Positions 11,236 to 20,000 of a stretch of DNA of 20,000 nt are shown here, piece by piece. Position 1 is the stretch's first letter, and every line of letters starts with the position of its first letter. A program made the position numbers and the translations under genes. The notes below the pieces were generated by a model. That model was not told the origin of the DNA. It saw nothing but the letters and a program-made list of their open reading frames with translations, and did no database searches. The DNA comes from Trichinella spiralis (taxonomy: Eukaryota), in NCBI RefSeq assembly GCF_000181795.1, contig NW_003526941.1, positions 7,607,331-7,627,330 of the forward strand. The letters are read 5' to 3'.

Positions 11236-13292
11236 AACGGAATAACATCACACATTCTCCATATGAATTGTGAATTTTCAAACTTGTATTTGAAGCTTTT
11301 TCTCTAATCTTCTTCTAGTGCTTTTTTGTTTCCAACGAAACTATGTGTTTGCGTAACACCAGTAGACAGATGTTTTTTTGAATGGTAAAACAATACCAGA
11401 GGTATGAAATTAGACATATTTTTTATACGATGATGGTTTATTTGTTTAAACTTAACGGTGATGAATTTGTTTTCAAATTTAATACAGTACATGGTAGTTT
11501 ATTCTTTTTATCATTAATTGAGCAAGACCATGGTTTGCCCTTGCAATTTAAAGATATCACGTCAGAATTGTTTGTTTTGCGGTCGATTGTATTGTTGTTC
11601 GCTCTACTCTATGCAAATTCTTTCATGATAAATAAGTGATTTGTTGAGGAACGTTAGCACGCATTGTTAGTGTACTAATCTATGTTTGAAAGTATCCCGG
11701 AAAGTAAATGTGAAAAATATGAAGAAAATTTTATTCACTGAATGAGCGTTACTCGTATGTTTTGCCGATTTGTTTCTTTTGCACGTAGTAACTTTAGTTA
11801 TTTTCTGTATACATATACATATATAAATGTTACTCTAATTCAGGTTGCAGTACATATATTTTTGCGTATTTGAAGTTGTAGCACGTTCTCAATTTTGTGC
11901 TGTAAACATTACTGGTGGTGAAATTTTTATACCTTTCTTTTTCGTTCTTCTCATGGGATCGTCGACATCATTCATCATTACGTAAGTAATATAAAAATTT
12001 ATTGTTCTTTATGCCTTTACTATTATGAAAAACCATAATTTTGAACAAACGCTCCGTACAATATCTATTTGGCTGTGTTATTTCTATCTCTTCGACATCT
12101 TTTATGAACACCGGGTTTTCAATTCAACAATTCATTAGTACAATCAGCTTTTCATGTATGAGGAAACCACAGTACAGGTTTCAAAAATAGTATCTTATGA
12201 GATTTCCGGCAGAGCCATTCCTACTTTCCTATTTGCAATTCAAATCTTTTTGCAGTGACCATTCTTCAAATGTCGCTTTTGAAACAATCAATAATGAATG
12301 AACAGAAACTGTGATAAGGCTAATTGCAGAAATGCATATGCAGAAATTTACTGTGCTTTCTCAAGAAGAAACCTTTTACAGCTTGCCATCAAATACTTCA
12401 TTAAATAAATTAAAAATTCAAATTCATAAGAAATAAATTAAGCGCTGAAATCAAATTTTCATTATATTTTATCAAGGTATCTAACGTGTAAATTGGAACC
12501 GTGCAGTCGACATTCATACTCTAACATTTTATCGTTAATGTATCATTACTGAGCCAATGAAAGAAAAATTCACCATTTCACAGTAAAATACAGTGATCAA
12601 TTTTATTCCAATGATAAAACTTGATAAAGTAATTAATGTAATTTTATTATTTAAATTATTTTAGATAAAAAGGAAAAATACACGTCTAAAAAATATTGCC
12701 TGATTTGATTTGATGATTAATTATGAGAAAGTGGATTGTGAATATTTCAAAAATACGGTAGTAGGGTTGGTGGAATGTAATTTTCACTTTAGCGCTATTA
12801 ACAACTGTTGATTTTTGAAGCGGTTTTTGCTCAGTTAGTTCTTTGCATGGGAAAAATTCAATTTCATAATTGTTGCCCAAGTTTGTGCTTGTAGAACGTG
12901 AGGCAATTTGATTCGACTCGCGACTTGTGAGCTAATCATTTCGCAAAGTTGCCATTGCTCAGTTGATTAGCTTGTTCAGTTTTTGAAGAAACAAACGCTT
13001 TTCTCAGTTAGCAGATGTAGAAGAACAAATTTGCCACAGTGCTAGGCAAGAACTGATCAATTGGACAATAATTGAACGTAAGGAATTTTTACAAAATGCT
13101 CTGATTTGCGGATGACAAATCAGGCTTGTCGTCTGGATGTCGGTTTCTGCGAGCTGGTCAGCGTTTCAAATAGCCAACGGCAGCTTTTGCAAATCGCCAA
13201 CGCGGACAAGTAGGGCGGCATCGATTGGTTCAACGCAAACGGCAGCAAATTCAATCAAATGGGCGAAAAGCGCATGATTGGGGAGTCGATAA

Positions 13293-13340
13293 GCAGCACA
13301 GCAGCGGCGGCAGCAGCAGTAGCAGTAGCAGTAACAGCAT
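13293..13340. repeat. Degenerate GCA/GCG/GCAGTA repeat upstream of the orphan ORF
   Basis: gcagcggcggcagcagcagtagcagtagcagtaacagc is directly visible. Confidence 0.8.
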
Positions 13341-13516
13341 TAGTTAGCATTAGCTTTATAGCAGAAACAGCGGCTCCGGCAGAGAGGAAAAAGAAATTCA
13401 TAGCCAGGCAAGACAAGCACAAACTGACTGACAAGAGATAGACAGATAGAAAGTTGAGTGAAAAAAAATTATCTGCTTTTTTCTTGTTGCTTTACATCTG
13501 CTTCGGTGATTTGATT

Positions 13517-14395
13517 ATGGTGGTGAGCTTTTCTACGTTGTTCCATTCGTTGCCGAAATGGCGTCCGGGGCGACGACGCCAGCAAAAATGGACCCCAAAG
13601 CTTTCGAAAGATGAACAACAACTGGACTGGCAATATCCCTGGCTGGAGGCAGCTTGTCAAAACACTGTCGAAACTAATCGTTCAGCGTGGCCTCGACAAA
13701 TGAACCACCTTTGGCCGTTTGAACAGAAATTATACGATCCGTTGTACAACGCTTCGATGACAGGAAGTGTGACAAGTTACCGTTCGACAATAAGAACAAA
13801 TCCATGGGTGAGTCCAAAAATTGTTAAAGGAGAACCTGCACCACTTTTGACTGCAAAACAGGCTGGTTCCAGTTCAGAACGGTCCTCCGGATATGGAAGC
13901 AATGATTCAAGTCCTGCTTGTAGTGTTCATTCGCCCAACTGGATTGTACCTCCTCCTCAGGAAGATGTTGCTTTACAGTGCAGTATGTATGAAGACAAAG
14001 CAGTGGACTGCAATGAATTAGATTTTGCTGAATATTACAATGAAGAAGATGAAGATGAAGATGAAGATGTAGAAGATGACGATGAGGATATAAATTATGA
14101 TGATGTAGAAGACAAAATAGCTGGTAATAATTTAGTAGGAAAATGTGGTGATAAGTTTGAAAAAAATGAAATGGACAAAATCGTGCAAAATCACGACACA
14201 TTTGATAAAGTGCGCAATTGTGACAAAAGAGGTTCCACGAATTCAAATATTATGCAACAGTTGAATGAAAAATTACTACAAAACGCAATTCAGCGCGTTC
14301 GGCAAAAAAGAATTCAGAAATTCTACCCTGAAGCTTCACCACTATGCCGAAATCCCGTCAATTTTACTCTTACCACATTTGAAATCTTTCTCTAA
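13517..14395 (+). CDS. Hypothetical single-exon protein (~292 aa from the first ATG) with a Ser-rich middle and an acidic tract
   Basis: 942-nt stop-free frame (13454-14395) in AT-rich DNA, with first ATG at 13517. Composition is protein-like (RSTIRTNPW, SSGYGS, EEDEDEDEDVEDDDED, putative C-terminal helix QQLNEKLLQNAIQRVRQKR). No family recognised. Confidence 0.65.
   Translation: MVVSFSTLFHSLPKWRPGRRRQQKWTPKLSKDEQQLDWQYPWLEAACQNTVETNRSAWPRQMNHLWPFEQKLYDPLYNASMTGSVTSYRSTIRTNPWVSPKIVKGEPAPLLTAKQAGSSSERSSGYGSNDSSPACSVHSPNWIVPPPQEDVALQCSMYEDKAVDCNELDFAEYYNEEDEDEDEDVEDDDEDINYDDVEDKIAGNNLVGKCGDKFEKNEMDKIVQNHDTFDKVRNCDKRGSTNSNIMQQLNEKLLQNAIQRVRQKRIQKFYPEASPLCRNPVNFTLTTFEIFL
14045..14068 (+). repeat. 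(GAAGAT)4 coding repeat giving the ED tract
   Basis: Directly visible and in frame with ORF 13517-14395. Confidence 0.9.
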
Positions 14396-15258
14396 TCTGT
14401 AAGTTGCACGTGTTCAGCTTATTTTAATAATTAAAAATTCAATAACAGAATGAACAATTTTTTGCATCATAAATTGTTAGGCTATTTTTTTCATTCAATT
14501 TTATTCAGTATATCATCGAAGTTAACTGAACTTAATAATTATCAGTCAACCAACCATTGATTTCTTTTTCTTATCCTTTTTTCTCCTTGTGGTTATTGAT
14601 AAGATTGGTTATTATTCTTTTTATTAATGATTTTTTATTAGTCTAAAATGATTTATCACAACAAATTTTTATTATTTTCTATTCCTTATACGGAAATGGT
14701 TTTCAGTTTGAACTCAACCTGATGAGAATTAAGTTTTTCATTTCCTATTTACTTCCCAGGAAAAAAGTACATACTGAATAAATGGCAGTTTTTTATTGGA
14801 ATATTTTAGAAATCAGAAGCCACTAATCAGAGTAATTTAAAGCTATTACAACAAGCAAATATTGTTATTTTTTTAGTTATGCTTTTTAATATGTTACGTT
14901 AACTAACAGCTACTGACACTGTCAGTGAAAGAGGTACAATTAAAATAAATAATTATTTATTTAACATGCGAAATTTGAACAAGCTATGTATGTATACAAT
15001 GAAGCATTATTATTCTACTCTTTCAGTTATAGATATTTCATTATTATTTATATTACTGTTATTATTATTATTATTAAATAAATAACTATTTGATTACAAA
15101 ATTTAAGAAATTGCTTGAAAGAAATAGGAGAGAAAAAAAAATAAAACAAGTTTAGGCTCAAATTATTGCTTAAATGCAAAGGAAGAAAACCTTTCAGCTT
15201 AAAAATTATAGATCAATAATTTCAAAATTCTTTTATTCGTTTATTCATTTTTTTTCAC

Positions 15259-15766
15259 ATGCCGATCTCCTGCAGATAGTTGGAAAGCTATTGCATTTAG
15301 GGATTAGCCGAGGCATTCTATATCATATATTAGCTAGCTATAGATAGATAAAGCTGGTCATTAGAGGGTCATTGTTCGAAGAGATGTCGATTCGATTGCA
15401 TCACCAAAAACTAGCGGGAGTCTGCAAAGCTGAACTGACAAGCAAGCTTTCAGACTTAGTATACTAGGGTCGATCAGCTTCAGCGTTCTGGGACTTAGCT
15501 GTGTTTGCATGCAGTTGGTGAATTCCACTCAATGTGAATGCCGATAATGATGCTGCTTATCGAACATTGAACATGTGTCTGAGGTTGTTAGTCTCTGCTG
15601 GCCTATCCCTGAGAGAACGGATGCCGATCCAATGCTCAATGAGACCAACGAGCTTGCATTTACACCAACTAACACGCTTACGCACCAACAGACTGCAATT
15701 AGGCCCAATGCAAATTGTATACATACATACTTACATGCATACTTGTTCGACAGCCCTGATTGACCA
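15259..15766 (+). ncRNA. Candidate large structured non-coding RNA (unclassified)
   Basis: GC-richer island between very AT-rich flanks with no convincing ORF and a series of properly nested complementary segments (see findings). G-U pairs favour the + strand. Not assigned to a known family. Confidence 0.4.
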
Positions 15767-16917
15767 TTACTGAAATATTCCCCGTTGATTGCTCACAAAC
15801 TGCAATTGTGACATGTAAAATGCATTTTACACTTGTAGCAGTTTAATAGGTGATAAAAAAAATTGCATTTTATACATCAGTGTTAAATTCATACATTTGT
15901 GAAATAAATACAAAGAATGCATCCAATAATGAAAGTAAAGATTTTGTGTAAAAATTTCAGTCAATAATAATTACTTGCTTTGCAGTTTAGCAATAATGAA
16001 TGCATGTCACACTATTATTGTATATAATTGTATGGAAATTATCACTCATAATAAAATAAAATAAAATAAAAAAATGACTCAATAATAACACTAACTAATA
16101 ATTGTAGTAAGTAAATAATAATAATTAGACTGATAATAAATACTGCATTAAATAAAATAAACTTTCAAACTCTATTTATATCATTTGAAATGAATAAATG
16201 AAAACTGAAATTTATTATTAATAATAATGTTTGTATTGAAAATAATTGATTATGCTCTAGAAAAGTGTAAAATTTTGAAAACAATTCATACATATTATTG
16301 TTTCAATTTTCTCAGCTAATTAGCTTCCTAATTATGATAATCAATTGTTATCATAATAGTAATTGGTACTCATATGAGAAACGGTACATTCATTAGAAAT
16401 AGGATGAACAATTTCAACGTGTCAGTTTTTACAACTTCAAATCGAGATTTCAGAAGAAGATTTAAAATTTATCAAGCCTATTTGTTGCATATGCATGCGT
16501 TCTTATTCAGTCGACTAATTCTGACAAAACGTACACAAAAAAATAATACTGATTTCAAAGAAACTGAACTGATTACTTTTTTAATATTTTAATTATTTTT
16601 GATGATTTTCATATTATTTTCAGAACAAAAAGCATCGATTTCGAAGTACAAATTTTAATTTCAAAAGTTAAACATATGAAACAAAAATAAACAAATAAAC
16701 AATAAGCAGAACTTTCTCGATAAAATCATACATTGAACACTTCCTCACTCGCTCTCCCCTTCCGATGTATTTTTCTATAAATATCTGTTTTTTATTAAAA
16801 TTTCAAATGATCAGTTTCGTAATAATGAAAAATAATTGATTTTATCCACTGCAAACATGGCAAAATATTTTAAATAAATGGATACACACAACATAGTAAA
16901 CATCCCGCTGATTTGGC

Positions 16918-17289
16918 ATGGGCGAAGATGCGCAACAGCAAGCCATTGATCTCGAACAGACACAGACTCTCAGCGGTAGCCAGACAGACCGTCGCAAACA
17001 GCACAAGTGGGCAGCTGACCTCTGCCCGAGGCATTCGAGCCTCAATATGCCTTCAATAAGAATAACTAATTCGTCGGAGAATGGAAAGGAGCCAGAATGG
17101 AAAGAGCACTCGGAAACGGAAAACAATTACCGAACGCCCAGCGGATTAAGGCTTCTAGCCCCAACCAGATCCATCGCTTCTACATCTTCATCAAGCAAAA
17201 CAAACATCACCACGACCATTTTATATCAAAAACAAACAAACAACATTCATTACATTTCTAGTAAACATCTAGTAAGCAACAATAAATAA
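16918..17289 (+). CDS. Possible short hypothetical protein or first coding exon (123 aa); alternatively a non-coding island
   Basis: ATG-initiated ORF over a GC-richer island with a hydrophilic translation containing PSIRIT. The last ~30 codons are A-rich and UTR/intron-like. No homology recognised. Confidence 0.3.
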   Translation: MGEDAQQQAIDLEQTQTLSGSQTDRRKQHKWAADLCPRHSSLNMPSIRITNSSENGKEPEWKEHSETENNYRTPSGLRLLAPTRSIASTSSSSKTNITTTILYQKQTNNIHYISSKHLVSNNK

Positions 17290-17643
17290 ATAATAAATAC
17301 ACTCAAGTGAAATTCAATTAACTACGGTATGACTTTCGAAATATAAAAGCAATGATAAAATAATGCACAAATAAATTCACATGAAAAGCGTGCAATATTT
17401 TGTAATATTGTTCCCCAATGTTCAAAACACTTCAGAAGAATTATTGACCGATCGTACTTTTATGTCAACAGAAATTAAATTTTGAAACTGAATAAAGGAA
17501 ATGACGTCAAAGGCTAACTGCTGAGGGAAATGCGCAATTTGATTGGTCAATTAATATCTTTAATTCGGCCTCAAAATCAGCAAAGCCTTCTTTCTGTTTT
17601 TCGTCATTTTCCGTATGCCTTTCGTCTGTGCTACTCTCAGTTG

Positions 17644-17673
17644 TTCTCTCTCAGTCTCCCTCTCTCTCTCTCC
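17644..17673. repeat. CT/GA-rich tract (possible promoter-proximal GAGA-type element)
   Basis: ttctctctcagtctccctctctctctctcc is visible. A regulatory role is inference only. Confidence 0.6.
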
Positions 17674-18518
17674 TGCTGAGCTAATGTTGGTCAGTGTTTG
17701 TCATTTTCTTCTATACACTGCTCTTATTTCTTTAAATGTAATATTCGGCGATTATTATACTTATTATTGAATATTGTATGAATTATTGTACAATAAATTG
17801 TTGTCATATGCGTAAGTATATTTTGTTGTGCTCTTTAATGTTATCAATTTTTTAAAAAAGGGAATATTTAGACATTCTTCAGATCAGGTTAAAGCATCTC
17901 ACAAACAATTCAAATTTAAAAAATATTAATTAACAAAGACACACAAATGAGATCAAAGACATTGGTTAGTCAGTCGAAGGTGTTAATTGAAAGTCCTCTA
18001 TCAAAAAGAAATACTGACGACAAAAATTTCGATCATTTATTTGCATGATTAATGGACATTTACAAATTTTCACTTTATGAAAATTGCATGCAAATCAGTC
18101 TCCACTATGAGCTTACGAATAATCATGAAGCATTAGATGCTGTATGAGAAATGTAATTTCAGTGATAATTCAATTGACAGAAAATAGAAAGTTTTGTTTT
18201 ATAGAAAAATATCTAAATAATAAGTATACATGGCATGTAATTTTCACGCATATTTTCTACATCGTCATCAGCTGTTTAAACTTATTTAAACGTCATTTTT
18301 AAGTTATTTAGGAATTAATGGTTATTCAATGTGCACTGCTTTTCTGAACGACTCAGCAGTAGCGACAAGGATAACAGGTGGATACTCTATTTTTGAAAGA
18401 ATTTCAAATAGATCAGTTGTGAGGGAAAGTCTTTCTATTATGTGTTTGCTACTTTGAAAAAAATGACCTTTCAAAAACTTTTCAAAATGCCATCTTCATA
18501 GTTATTAATAGCCATTTG

Positions 18519-18545
18519 CAGAAAATCAGTTACAGAAAATCAGTT
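18519..18545. repeat. Two-copy 14-nt tandem duplication (cagaaaatcagtt)
   Basis: Directly visible. Confidence 0.85.
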
Positions 18546-20000
18546 TCAAAGTAAGCTGTTTGAAGAACATCAGTCAAAAAGTTTGATAAAGTTTCCTGTT
18601 GAATATCATCGACAGTTAAAAGGTAAGCAATTTTTACAACTGTACTAACGTTTTCTGTATATATCAATACAGATTACATTTTAGTAGCAAATTAATGGAT
18701 TTCAGTTTCGCTGACTATACTTCGTATAAGCACGCTTCATATTGCATGATATTTGTTGCATTTGGGGACTCGAATTTCCTATTATTTCTTGGCCAATTTC
18801 ATAAATTTGCCGGAAGATGTGTCAAACAAGCAGGAAATGAACATGAAACATCCGATATACCTATTTTATATTAATTTCTTTTTTTATATTGCACAGCAGA
18901 TATGAAATTCCAACGTTACTTCGCTTTCACAAAGATTAACATCTGATTGTCCAATCGTATGCTTTGCATATGTTTTATTTCTCAAAAGACTGTCGATTTA
19001 ATTTATGGTAAGGTATTCGCTAAAAGTACGTAGTTTCGTGCAATATTTCTATGTATTAGGCAAGTTCATTTTTCTTGATTTTCCGTCCATTTGCAATCAA
19101 TTTACAGAAATTGTTTCAGGATGGTTTGAAATAACCATAAAATTTTCCATTTATTAGTTTCCTATTGGTTTATTTCATTTATTCGATCAGTAGAATTGAA
19201 TTTCTCAATCTGTAGCTGTCAACATTTATTAATACCTGAGTGTCTAACGTATGACTTGAATATGTTTGATTTCATGAAATAACAATCAATTCATTGATTT
19301 TTATGCTGTTCATAATCCTAATTATGAATTGAGCTTCTCAACGATACCAAGAATACCGGTGTTTGAATCAGTTCTCGCTCAGGTCATCATACTCAATTGA
19401 TGCTTATGCAAATAGCTTTGAATGTTGTTTTTTGTCAAAATGATTGTTTGCAAATTGTGAAAATATAATAAAATAACAAATTATGACAAACTAATTCAGC
19501 CACGCATGGCATTTATTCTAATCTTTCAAAATATTTGCATATAAGCTCAGTAGAACAAAAGGCGTGCCCATAGGGAACACAAATGTATTATTGAATTCCT
19601 TCTTCATATATGGGAACAGTATTGTACAATTATTTATTACAGAAACTAACAATAATACTCAATTGATTATTTAATGAGATATTTAACAAAATTGCTTGTT
19701 AGTAAACCTGACATTTATAGGGGGAAAGAATGCATGATTCCATGAAAACTGTAAATGAAACGTTTTATTTTGAATAATTCTTATTTCCGTATCATATTTA
19801 ATCAATTAAATTGCGTAAATAAAAATTTGGAGTTCAAAGGGTTTCTGTATTACAAAAGTGAAATTCAGGCACAAATGTTATTGGAATCAGCAACTTTTGC
19901 TCGCGGGTATTTGTTCAAATATTTGTATAAATGCTAATGAAATGCAATTATAGGATGTATTATCAAGCGCGCACGTTTTGCTGCCGTCTCTGTCGTCCCC

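Noticed and set aside
11953..12300. Possible mini-gene (ATG at 11953, donor gtaagt near 11982, acceptor near 12255)
   Set aside because: The spliced frame stops after about 25 codons and nothing else supports it.
13259..13441. 60-aa poly-Ala ORF
   Set aside because: Explained by the GCA/GCAGTA repeat; more likely leader or promoter sequence.
15296..15307. tttagggattag as a telomerase-template-like sequence
   Set aside because: It is not a clean 1.5-copy complement of TTAGGG or TTAGGC, and it is in the wrong orientation for the + strand fold.
15606..15614. TCCCTGAGA, the lin-4/miR-125 family 5' end (and an 8mer target site on the minus strand)
   Set aside because: The rest does not match lin-4/miR-125, and a 22-mer from here would run through a terminal loop rather than lie on one arm of a long hairpin. 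No minus-strand host 3' UTR is evident.
15415..15694. RNase P/MRP or SRP identity for the structured island (gggagtctg...cagact)
   Set aside because: The conserved CR-I/CR-V spacing, the P4 pseudoknot and the SRP helix 6/8 loop motifs could not be found. No hammerhead CUGANGA/GAAA core either.
17400..20000. Genes, transposon ends or CRISPR-like arrays in the distal region
   Set aside because: AT-rich sequence with only short ORFs; no terminal inverted repeats, regular repeat-spacer units or recognisable coding signal were seen.

Overview
AT-rich, intron-containing eukaryotic DNA. The short GT-AG introns, tttcag/ttttag acceptors and gene content suggest a nematode, possibly Trichinella-like (inference only). 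Manual splicing gives two complete, frame-consistent + strand genes. The first is a 5-exon Dispatched-family (RND/sterol-sensing, CHE-14/DISP-like) gene at 916-7711, ~968 aa, with intact GxxxDD/GxxxD motifs and an RRKR furin-type site formed across an exon junction. The second is an 11-exon, ~530-aa cysteine-rich, probably secreted EB-module/Lustrin(WR1)-type gene at 8891-11235, in which all 10 introns are phase 1. A single-exon orphan ORF (13517-14395) and a weaker ORF (16918-17289) follow. The main unexplained signals are non-coding. A ~510-nt GC-richer island at 15259-15766 shows extensive nested base-pairing and is a candidate large structured RNA. A ~150-nt island in Dispatched intron 4 (4001-4165) has a pre-miRNA-like hairpin bracketed by C/D-box-like motifs. 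All folds were found by eye, not computed.
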